The notes under the pieces were generated by a model, which made no database searches, was not told where the DNA came from, and saw only the letters and a list, made by a program, of their open reading frames with translations. Of a stretch of DNA of 64,000 bases, positions 52,001 to 64,000 are shown piece after piece; the stretch's first letter is position 1, and the number at the start of each line of letters is the position of its first letter. Source of the DNA: Trichoplax adhaerens. Its lineage: Eukaryota; Animalia; Placozoa. Location: assembly GCF_000150275.1 (NCBI RefSeq), contig NW_002060948.1, positions 62,001 to 126,000 on the forward strand. Direction: 5' to 3'. A program made the position numbers and the translations under genes.

Positions 52001-52899
52001 ATCATGCCAAAAAATATGTTATTAAAGAGTCTATGAAATATCCCAATCATAGCCACTGGATGAGTGATTTAAAGAACTCCATTAGTAAAGTAAAACTAAG
52101 AGATCTAATCCTTCCTGGAACCCATGATTCTGCTTGTTATGATATGGTATTTTCTTTAGCGGATTCATGGACGCAAACCCAATCAGAAACGTTCGAGAAT
52201 CAACTTTTAGATGGAATACGCTATTTTGATTTACGCACAGAATATAAGAAAGGCAGTAAGGATAAATTTCGCTTCGTACATAATACGTGGCTAACTACTA
52301 CTAGTGTACCAAATTTTCTGCAATCAGTAAAGACCTTTGTCTCTAAATATCAAGAAATTATAATACTAGATTTTAATCACTTTTATTATTTCAATGCGAA
52401 TATTCATGATGAATTAATTGAAGTAATCATGAAGCATATTGGCAATGATATGGCTCCCATAAGTTTCACACAAGATGTTATTATTGGCAAAATGTGGGAT
52501 CAAAATAAGCGTATTATTGTAGCTTATGATGGTAAAAGTCAATCATTAAAGAATCGAAACAATAAGAAATTGTGGCCAGCCATTCGATCAGTATGGCCCA
52601 ATGTAGATCATGTTCAAGATGCTAAGAAGAAACTTGATCAAGAAGTTGATCGTAATCATACCAGTCTATGGGTTCTACAGGGAATTCTAACGCCTCTATC
52701 AGAGTCAATAATACCTTTTAGCGTTCAACATTTAGCCAATACTATGAATTCAAATCTAAATACTTGGTTAGAGAACGATTGGCTGCATAAAAGTATCAAC
52801 ATAGTTATTTCAGATTTTTATCTAGGTAACAATGTAGTATCAATTGCAGTGCAAAGAAATCAAGCTAAAGACCGTGCTCTAAATGTAACAATTGGATAA
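49025..52899 (+). CDS. Chimeric aminopeptidase-N-terminus / PI-PLC X-domain protein (exons 49025-49647, 50499-50671, 50951-51054, 51190-52899; about 869 aa)
   Basis: Exons 1-3 are diverged homologs of aminopeptidase exons 1-3 with the same intron phases (2,1,0). Exon 4 carries PI-PLC motifs LILPGTHDS, QLLDGIRYFDLR, FVH, EIIILDFNH and NIVISDF. All junctions are canonical GT-AG and in frame. Confidence 0.8.
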
Positions 52900-55803
52900 A
52901 GATTATTTATAATCTGATCGTTGACTACATTTTATTCTTGTAGGATCCTCTAATGTTTATTTTAAGACTAAAAAGTATATATACGCATGTAGCTATCGAA
53001 CTGCTAACTGATAAGGTCGTATAGCAGACTATAAATAGAAAATAATGAAAATATCATATCTGTGAAACTACTGTACAGTACTGCCCTACAGTGTACTTGC
53101 AAATGTTCACATTAAAATTAGTTCATAGAACTACCATTCCTAAGTACATTAAATTACTAAATTACTATTCCATCATCATGAGAGTTCTTAACGTTAAAAT
53201 GTTTGTCATTTATATTGATTTCCGTACTATAAAATTTTTATTGTAAGACATGCCATTAATATTATCAATGGTCGATATAAACAGTTTCTTGGATTAGAAT
53301 TTGAGATGAATCATACATTACTCAACAATCGCCTATTTAAGGTGTTTAAGCGTTTACATTTAATAGGATACAGATTTTAAAAAGCAGTTCAAACCTGTTT
53401 TCAAATTCGATTATACGCATATTTCGTTAGAAAATGAATAAACTAATAGAAGAAGTAAGATACTCGTGTTAGATAAGATAGATATGTTTTGAATAAGTCT
53501 CTCACTTCAGTGATAATTTTATGCTTTTTGTTGAACTATGATGGCAGGACAAGTTGACCAAAGTCACTTTTTAAACTTTGTCACTTCTGTAATAAAATTT
53601 AAGGGATTCTTTGAAGTATTTGATTACTCAAAATAAAATTTCACTACAAGATTTGATGTATATTAATTAATACTGAACCCATACCAAGTCCAGAGTAGTA
53701 CAATTTTCATTTTAATGAGAAATATAGAAAGTTGTTGTAATATAACTGAAAGCGATACAGAGATGGCCAATCTTTCATATCTGCAGTAGTTTAAGGCGTT
53801 CAAAAGGTGTACTTGGCCATAGCTTTAATGACTTTCATATACGCGTATTGTAAATTACAGTTTTTGTACTTCATCCTGGTAAAATTGAATTTGTAAATAT
53901 TGTTTTGTGCATTTGAATGATAAGCAATGATATGCATAACACACTATGACTTTAAAGGCTCAGTAATTATAGAATTTAAATAGAAGTTTGTATCGTTATG
54001 CCTTTTTCAGTGAACGTAATAATTTACTGAATTGATCGGCAAATGGTGGCATATAATAGTAATAATAAATTATACCGCAGTAATTATGGGATCCTAATAC
54101 GCAAATTATATCCAATCATTTCCTCTTATATAAGCCTAATAGAAGGCTTATATTATTATTAAAATTTAAATATTTTAAACCATTTCAAATGCATACTATA
54201 CGTTTAAGCTGTAATCAGTGTCCAGAATAAAACAGGCCAGAATAGCTTTTGTATTATGAAGCATTTCTCTGTCAGTTAAGTAAAGAAAAATTTAAAATAA
54301 ATATGCTTATTAAATTGTAACTCAGCATTTTACTTGAATTAAAGTCCTTCGAAAATTTCCTTAGGAATCTAATTGTGCTAATACAGCATAACGTGAATAA
54401 GATGAATGTAAAATAAGTTTAACCTATACGTGTAGCCTAAGGGATGATATGATATGATTTATGGGCGGGTGAAATGCAGCATAGTTGATAACTTATTTAG
54501 GTATTTCTATATCTTTGCGTTTTAATTAATCATGGTTGTAGAAAAACGACATATACTAAATAGGATTTGCAATAGTGATAATTAGGCTAATCTTTGCTTC
54601 TGATTCATTCATCTATCTTAGAGTGGCCAATTTCCGGGTTTGTACTTTATAGTTTTTATTTAATCATGTAGTAACGTTAATTTTACTCTGACTAACGAGT
54701 TTACTTGCAATAATGTCTTATTGAATTTTGCCAGGCATTAATACGTTTGTTGTAAATAGCCTACGCCTATGTACGCTATAGATTGTGCTAGGTGATGTTG
54801 CGAAAGGGATGAAAAGGTGAGTGCGAAAGAAAAATATAGCTAGAGGGAAGATATCATATGACCTGTAAGTGGGAGCAACTTAGCGAGTGGGCTTTCTTAG
54901 AAATTATTGTAATAGCAGAATAGTTATAGTGCTATTCAAGCTACTAATTCACGACAATGGTACTGTTCAGTCATTTATTGGCAGTTTTATTGCATAACTG
55001 ATTTTATAATGATTACTTTCAACATTTTATCACGTACCATGATTATAGAAAGCATTCAATGGAACGCCGAAAAAGGCATCTTATTGTAATATACTTGGTA
55101 AGATCATTAATTGATTTATAAACTGATACAAATAGGTAATTATTACTTTGGTCTATTATTTATATCATATATTGGCAATATGCTTGCGCTTATCAGTTTG
55201 GAGTCATGGATGTTACCTTTTATATATGATATAAATTATATGCTATTCCATATAATGATATTGATTGACCAAGTAATCCTACTATAGACTTAAGGTTACG
55301 CATATTTGATTAAAACTTTTTATTGTAAGGATTTATTACAAGTACATTTTTTATTGGCGGCTACATCAATTACAGAAGTGCTGAAATAGATTTTAAGTCT
55401 GATAATTTACCAATAGTTATCAGTATTGTCTTGGTTATACAATATAGCGGTTTATATATTATACTCGGCGTTTCCATTGCCTAGAAGGGTTCTATTTTCC
55501 TTTGATTATCGTCGACTCAATGTGGTCGTGCAATGATTATAACGGCAAGATAGTAACAATCGGATGCAATAAGAGTCTTACGATATTAATTAACTTTGAA
55601 TAATTATCGGATGATTTTATTGCATAATCAAACGATTTCTGGGCGTGGAACTAATGTTATGTAAATGATGTCAAAAGATTGATACAAGATACACATAAAA
55701 TAGGTAAAGGTTGATCTTGTGGCGATTAACCTGCCATAAAGCATCGTTTGCTACCACGAGCGGATTGTACCTGAGGAGGTAGTAGTAACGATCGCAAAAC
55801 AAC

Positions 55804-58800
55804 ATGTCGGAAAAACAAGTTCCAGATGTTCAATACAAGGGTAATGGAGAGCAGAAAGGCTTCTTCGTCAGCTATACTCAATTGGCTATTGCGGTAGTTG
55901 TTGTTATCGCAATTACTGTTGCAGTTGGCTTGATTGCAGGATTAACTGGCAATGCAGGAAGCGGTAGTCAAGCATCAACAGGTGGAACCACTGTTGCAAC
56001 AACGATGGCTACCACTAAAGCCGCCGCTACGACAAAAGCAACCGTAGCTAGCACTACCAAAGGCCCAACTGTTAAGCCGACAACCCCAGCACCGCCAAAA
56101 TATCCTGCTTTGGCTAAAGCTCGTTTACCCACAGATATTAAACCATCCGAATATTATTTTGAGTTAGACGTCGATATGACTACTTTATCATATACTGGCA
56201 TCAATGTTATCAACTTTACTGTTGTTAATCCAACCAACATAATTGTCGTCCACATCGATGGTATTACTGTGACAGGGACTCCACAAGTTAGTACCGATCG
56301 CTACTTTAGTACTGGATTGCAGAATGTTATTGATCAAGGCAGCTACGCCAAAAACAACTATTACTACACCGTCCTTCAGAGTAACCTGCAGGCTGGTGGC
56401 GTATATTATGTTCGGTATACCTATAACGCAAAATTATCTAGCGATCGTAGTGGATTTTACAAGTATCAGTACACTAGAGCTTCGGATCGTGCAACTGTGT
56501 AAGTATAAAAACTAAAACGATAATGATTCAAATCAACCACTACTATAAGCTATATTTTAAGAGATAATTTACTCAATTATAAGAACAAATGGAGAGGGAG
56601 TTAAACTAGCTAGGAAACATAATATCCTACAGGAGAGAATATAACAATTCTTGCTACGAAGATTACTCTACAGACCCCCCTACTATTAACTTGTAAACAC
56701 TTTATTGATGCTAATTTGTGACGGTAAAGTGATCATACCAGCACACAATATCATTTAAGCTCCCTACTGATTTGATTTATAGTGAAAATGACAGTCTTGA
56801 ATAATATCATCTTTAGCTATTGATAGAAAATTTTTTAGCAACGCTAGATAAGGCGCGTATCGATGCATGTAAAATCTGGTCACAAATTATGAATTTTAAT
56901 ATAGGCAAATCTAGTTCTTGATAGGTGATTGATGAATACTGCATGTCAAATCATGGTAGCTACTTTACAAATATAGAATGAAAAAACTATTGTTATCACA
57001 GGTCTTTTACAGAATAATAGAGATTAAGGAGCGTCGTAACTGCTATGGCTAGGCAAAAAAGTTAGCAAGGAATAAATGCATACATGTACGAGTATGCCCT
57101 TATAGTAGGGTCAGTGAATGGAATAAGTTAGTATTTTAGATTACCTTTTAAAACAGCAACTGTTACGGATAAATTATACTATCGAAAAATCAAATTGGAA
57201 AGTATTGAAGTAATTTTGGATGATACGAGAACTGAAGAAGATTGCATAATTTTTATCATATTTATATCCCACTGTTCCAATCACTTCAACAGATATTTAT
57301 GATATCAAAATAGTTTGACTAAAAATTCTCGATAACGCATGTTCATGCCCCTCTCTTATCTTAGCATACCACGATTGAAATGGCTATGCTAGTTTAAAGT
57401 TTTAAGTTGAAGTATCTGTTAACTATTTTTTGCAAACAGTGTAGTATTAAGCTAAAAATTGGCTATTATAAATTATAAATTAATGCAATAGTATTCCGAT
57501 ATGATAGTGACTAGCTTAGCATCGTCATTATCTACTAGTGCTACATAATTAGTCACATGATAAAATTAGCATTCCTTAAAAAAGTTTTCAAAATATTACG
57601 GTAACATTTACCATAACTTCGATTAATAGCTAACATCGCTGACGTCAGGGCGACTCGAGGATACTCCTTGTCTTATTATCTTTAAAACCTCTTTGTACAC
57701 CGCGATATAATAGTTTGGGAAAAAATAGCCTATGGACAGATAAATGCGCTTCAGTACGTGCATATACTTTTACATTACAGTATACCCACGTATTTAGATA
57801 TCATATCCGACTGCCCTGGAATATAGGAAAGAGATTATTAAGTTACGGAAGTATATAGAATGCTTGCTTACAGAAATTATTATGTAATATAAAATTTCCA
57901 TTGGATTTACATACGATCTCAAATATCTTGCTAATTGTTAATATTAAACTTTACGAATTAAATTGGACGAAGGAATGCTTTTGAAGTAATGGGATATAAT
58001 AACTAGATCGATCACTGTTGACCGTTATCTTTATTAGCATGATAATAGTGATTGGTACATGAAGTCTCTGTGATATCTTTATTATATTAATATTTTTCTT
58101 ATATCAAATTATTGTATTGACCGTTACAGTTTATCGCATTGTCATTAATATCGGATGATTCAATGTTCGTATGACCACATTATTTGTGCAAAACGTTTTA
58201 TTTTCAACCAACGTTAAGAGCTATAATTTCCACGCCTTCTATTGTAAACTAAGTTTACTAAACGGTGACCTATACTTATTTCCTAGTCTTATTTCCGTTA
58301 ATAGAAACACTATGATTACCCTTATAATTGAGATGAAAAAATAAAAGGGGCAAAATAGCAAAGAACCTACGACGATCATTTCCCGTAAATGAAAAAAATA
58401 AAAATATCTCAATTTGAAATTGAGATGTGTAATATCTTAAGAAAAAAGAAAGCTATAACTATCTATACTTTTCCTGATATTTATCGACCCTAACTTGCCG
58501 GTATTGATGTTAATATGTATTGAAATGATAGTAAAACTGGTAGTATTAACTACCTTCCTTAGCGGGTTTGACATCACATGTAATAAGTTAAACAACTTGC
58601 TTTTGGGTGGGATCGCAATGTCATTATTCCATAATTTAACTTTTCTACGTCTACCTTTATGCAAACAAATTTACGCTCACTGTTCAAATGTTGCTACTGA
58701 TAGTGCGTGGATGATTTCCTAAAATAAACATACATAGTTCCTTCAGGTTATACGTATCATGATGATTTGATCAATACACACATCATTGAATACTTATTAT

Positions 58801-61800
58801 AGCTAAAGGGCAAATTTAATATCAGCACGATATGCAATCGATATGGATAAACGTGACATTGTCACAGTTTTTTAATGTTGTCAAGAATAAAATAACCTTA
58901 CTTTTATAAGGAAAATGATCAAAAACATAAAATTCGATATATAGTGGCTAGCAGTTCTTGAAGATTGATTTTCGAGCTGTCCTAGTATAAAATATAGATA
59001 TTGATGAAATTACTCGCAGTTTATCAGTGCCTAGGAAAAAGTGTTTCTAATCCGTCAATGTTTTGGTACACAAAATACTAAAAAGTACCGATATTGAAAC
59101 TAAAAGAGCCGTTATATCGTAGTTGAGTTCAGCTACATACACAAGAAAAATCAAAATTTTAATTACTGCAATTAACTATCAAAAGAAAATGTTATTAAAT
59201 ATAATTATAGACAGACTACAATATCTAACAACAGTTTCTACATAATAAAAAGAGATATGGAATAAAATCACCATAAATTTGGGGGCATAAATCTTTAATG
59301 TTTACTAAAATTATTGCCAACTTCAAGAAACGGTGAATGAAATCCTTGAAATTGTAAAGATGCTTAAAGGCGCTATCAGTGAACGCCAAAATAATAGTTA
59401 TGGCCAATTTTAGAAAGTTGTCTGAAACATTTACTTGGTAGAACTGTCAGTGATGTAATGATTCGATAATTTTTCCTTTCCTTAGTTATTCTCTTAGTCA
59501 TGTACAAAGTGAAAGAGTTTTTGTATCATATCACCAAATTCAAGACAATATGTCTCCGTAACACTTGTAATTCTTATTTAATAATCGATTTGTATGAGCC
59601 TGTTGTTATACCGCTTACAATATAGATAAATTGTAAAAATAATAATATCTTGATAATTTGCATGATAGATGGGCTGCAGCAAGTCAATTAGAAGATTTCT
59701 ACGCAAGAAGAGTTCTTCCATGCTTTGATGAACCCGCAATGAAAGCAACCTTCCAGGCTAATATCACGGTACCCAGCAACTACAGTGCCTTATGGAATAC
59801 CATGAGAACTGGTGTAACTATGATGGGCGATAAGAAGCGCTTTGAATTTTCTAGTAAGTGTTCTATAACAGTCATATTATGATCAATTGTCGTAATCATT
59901 TGATAGTCCTGAAATGAAAGATTTTCTGATTTTGGGCTAACTAAATTACTTCGTTCTACTTTACGGTAATTTAGTCTGCTTTGTTAACTGTATGCGTATA
60001 TCTATTATTTAGCCAAAACTCCAGTCATGTCCACATACTTAATGGCATTTACTGTTGATGATTTCGTTAACGTCAATGGTACAACTAATCGTAATACAAT
60101 GGTAAATAGATATTTAATTTGAGATAGAATCCTCTTTATGATATATTATATATATTATAGTCATGTCCTTTCATAATTTTCAATTCAAACATAACAGTTT
60201 ATTCTTTTTCTGTAGGTTCGCGTATTTTCTCGTCCTGGTATAAAACAATATAGCAATTATGCCCTTGGAGCTGCTATTAACATTACAGAATATTTTGAGA
60301 GTCTTTTTGGCCTAAATTACCAAATGGGCAAACAAGGTAATGGCCTTGATTCTATCAAGAATTTAATTTAATTTAATTACTATATTACGACTAATGTAGA
60401 CAGCTGCAGTAAAATTGCCCAAAAATTTGACGAATCTTATTCCATTATATTATTGATAAAACCCTATAGATCATGTCGCAGTTCCTGTTTTTGCTGCCGG
60501 TGCTATGGAAAATTGGGGTCTTATTTTATACCGTGAGGAATTATTAAGCTACGATCCCTACTACATTAACTCCAACGGTCTAGAATCGATTGTTACCGTC
60601 ATTTCTCACGAATTGGCTCATATGGTAAGTCCATCCAAAACTGACCTGTCAAAATGTACTTTGAATTTATTTATTTGGCTATATCCTTACATTGATAATC
60701 TATCATTCATTTAGTGGTTTGGTAACTTGGCTACTTTACAATGGTGGAATCATTTGTGGTTAAATGAAGCCTTTGCCAACTTTTTCCAGAATTTTGGTGC
60801 TGCTCCTTATGAACCAGGCCTGTTCTTAGTAAGTCTATAAGATTTGCACACATTTATTGGCTAGAATTGTATCAATGGCCACGATTAATTTATTGCTATC
60901 TGTAATCGTTATTATTAGATGCAGCAATTTGTTCTGGATAGCGTACAGAGCGGTTTGTCAACTGATTCCTCTCCAACCTCTCATCCAATTGTTCCACCTT
61001 CCGCATATGGTCCGTTCTTTGATAGAATCACTTATCAGAAGGTATTACTAGCGATAATAAAGTGTTATAAGCTAAATTTTAAAATTTCATTGATAAAGGC
61101 GCAATAAGGAATATCATACTATTCGTCTTATTTCGATCTGTTAGCTTAAAAAATCTCTTCCATTTATTACAATTATAGGGAGGTTCTGTTTTACGTATGT
61201 TCCGCGATTATCTTGGTCATGATAACTTTTTCACCGGATTAAGGGTATGCAAATTTAGATTACGTATATTAGCTATAATTATTTATAATACCGCACTCTT
61301 CTCTTAGTAAGGTATTTCATTCATTGTTGTATAGCAAATCATTTTCATTTCAAGACTACCTGACGATTAGCTGTTATTACGATTACATTAATACGAAATA
61401 GGGTGATATATTGCGGAGAATTTTAAGGAATTAATAACAATGATGATGACTGATTTGGTGTCATCTTATAACGATAATTTAATAGTCTGTGAAAATATTT
61501 ATTTCTGTGGCTACGATTGTATCAGTTAAAAGCTTGTAGAAAGGTCAACGGAAACTTTCAATAAGGAGTTTGGCTAATAATACTGATTAATGCAGTGATT
61601 TCGAAAATCTAGAATCATTACTTAACTTTCCCTATTTGCAATGATATTTGTCCCTTTGATTGTCGGTACATTGTTAAAAAATGTGGATGATCCCACGTTG
61701 CATTAGGAATTTTGATGAATAATCGGTATAGCGACGACAAGCTCAATGTTCCTAAAACACTTAATTAGCTGGGAAAGATATTCTGTAATCTATAAATCAG

Positions 61801-63554
61801 TTGCTTAGTTTGCGTGTGCAAGCTAGTTGTGAAGTAACATAGTTTCACGGAAGATAACAATTTTTATTCTATTCACTAGGGCTATTTGAACGATTACTCG
61901 TACAGTAATGCCGATACCGTACAACTGTTTGCCTCATTGACTAAAGTAAGTGAGCATAACTTTAATTGTAATTTTGCGTCTATAAATGAAAGATAAAGAT
62001 GATAGTCATAAGTTGCTGCTACACTTATGGCTCATAAACACTAGCAATGAAATCAATATAAAAACTTTCATCTATAATACAATATCTACGATGATTAATG
62101 CAATATCTGTTTCACTCAATATTAATTTAGGCTGTTGCTCAAAATCCATTTAATATCAGCGAATTTTTGGGCCCATGGGTTTACCAGATGGGTTACCCAG
62201 TGGTTAATGTAACTCGAGATACACAGAACAATCAAGGTGTTATGACTCAACAAAGGTAACGTGTAGTTCTTGAACTATCTATATTCTATAATGTTGATAA
62301 GAATATGATTTACTAATATGATGATATCATTCCTGAAGCAATCTTGTCCGTTAAAATAATTCTGTTATGGTTATAGTAATCTGCCTTTACTGAAAGTATT
62401 TTATAATAGCTTAGTTCAAATTTAAAAAATTTTCCTCTTCTAAAATCATTTGCATCGATTCATAACAGATATCTTAATAACAAGGACGCAAATCCAAGTC
62501 AGGAAGGAACTGGATCTCCATATGTGTCACCATACCAGTAAGTAATAATTATCTGCTATATCTGTAAATTGTAGGACATTTTCATAGAGTTAATCCTAGG
62601 GATATAGTAAATTATTTAAAAAGCAATTATAATCTTCTTGAGTTTGTGCGATCTCAATCTAATTTCATAAGGAATTTCCAATTAGGAAGAAATAGATAAC
62701 ACTAATATATTAATTGATTTTTGATATGAAGCATCTGAAATCTATTTATGATAAAAATTAATTCATATTATTGATAATTATTTCCCTTGACAGATACAAA
62801 TGGACAATCCCAGTAAACTATTATGATCAAGCATCATCTAATGTCAGACGAGTTGTCTTTGGAATGAATGATGGTAAAGCCTATATACTGAACAGTTCTA
62901 TTGAGGAAGTAAACTGTTCATAGATCAACATTTCTAACATTGGTATTTGATTATATAGCTCAAGCTGTTGTTCCTTGGCCTGCAAATAGCTGGATCAAAT
63001 TGAATGCTAACCAAATGGGATTCTATCGTGTTATGTATCCAATCGATAACTGGAATCGTCTAGCTACTGCTTTGCAAAGTAATCTAAATGTAAGTGCAGT
63101 AATTAATAAACTAAAATTTTAATGGCCAATATTATATTCGTATAATGACAGCTTCGTTTATGCCCCCGAAATCGAAAAATATTATATCCTAGCATATTAA
63201 TCTCCTGTAATCGTATCTCTTTCTAAAATAATTATAGGTGTTGCTGAATACAGACAGAGCTAATCTGTTAGATGATGCTTTCACTTTTGCTTTGTACGTA
63301 TAACTTATCAACAGCCTTGAAAATGCACGATTTTCATAATCTTAAAGAGTACGCTTTAAATATCATAATTACTAACATTATGTATCTTCCAACCCGATTC
63401 TATTAGGACTAAGCGCCTCGATATTACTGTACCTTTAAGTCTTACCAAGTATATGTCAAATGAGGTCGACCATCTGCCATGGACCGTTGTTTCCAATAAC
63501 TTTTTCAACTTTCGGTTACGACTTTCCAACAGACAGTCTTTCCAACATTTTGTG
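55804..63554 (+). CDS. M1-family membrane aminopeptidase, copy 2 (continues beyond the window)
   Basis: TM segment [21 protein letters not shown], Thr/Ala stalk, [92 protein letters not shown]. Same exon structure as copy 1. The last visible exon ends at about 63554. Confidence 0.93.
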
Positions 63555-64000
63555 GTAGGTTTTCCAATGAATATTGTGATAGCAGTAAAATGTTAGATGT
63601 ATTTTATTGTTAGTATATTTTCCTATAGAATAAAAAGTGATTGATATTAGCAATAAATTTATAAGCTTAGCTATCGGATATTTATTTAAATTATGAGTCT
63701 GCTTATTGCTTTTACTTATTAAGCTTGCGATAGAATTCAGTTACAGGACGTAGTATAATTATGAGAACATAGTTTGCCATGGTTATAGTTACATGTAGAT
63801 TTAATTGACTTATATTGTTGATCACTTGTAAGCTGGGCTGAAATCTGAATTAGAATGGCGCTGCTACATTAACTCACGAAGGATGTTAGGAGTAATCAAT
63901 TGTAGATATCAGACATTAGTATTAACTTTGTATGATGCCAGACATGTATATGATATTGTAATGATCTACTAATGTTAAAAGATTAATGGTTATATTCTAT

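Noticed and set aside
51202-52899. Intronless PI-PLC ORF as bacterial contamination
   Set aside because: Base composition matches the flanks, an in-frame splice acceptor precedes it, and it is embedded in a eukaryotic gene cluster.
56500-59660. ORFs in the 3-kb first intron of aminopeptidase copy 2 as a nested gene or transposon
   Set aside because: No recognisable motifs, terminal repeats or splice-consistent model found.
1-64000. tRNA, rRNA or snRNA genes and U12-type introns
   Set aside because: None recognised by eye, and the introns inspected were ordinary GT-AG. A tRNAscan/Infernal run would be needed to exclude them formally.

Overview
AT-rich, intron-dense eukaryotic DNA with short GT-AG introns and compact metazoan housekeeping genes. 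It most resembles a placozoan such as Trichoplax (inference from composition and gene structure, not verified). Gene order: 3' end of an unidentified gene (+); VIPAS39/SPE-39 (-), which carries an unexpected 364-codon extra exon; an upstream ORF (-) built from the same unrecognised repeat domain; a TACTGTAC-rich divergent promoter; SCFD1/Sly1 (+); PDCD2 (-); ZFYVE19/ANCHR (+); MRPL40 (-); a second TACTGTAC-rich divergent promoter containing a tandem-repeat element that may be Helentron-like; TTLL5 (+); and a tandem M1-aminopeptidase cluster (+). The main finding is the middle member of that cluster. It keeps the first three aminopeptidase exons (membrane anchor plus N-terminal beta domain, same intron phases), but these splice in frame to an intronless exon encoding two SKICH-like repeats and an intact PI-PLC X domain. 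This predicts a chimeric membrane-anchored ecto-phospholipase C. All gene models were assembled by eye from splice signals and recalled protein homology, with no database searches.
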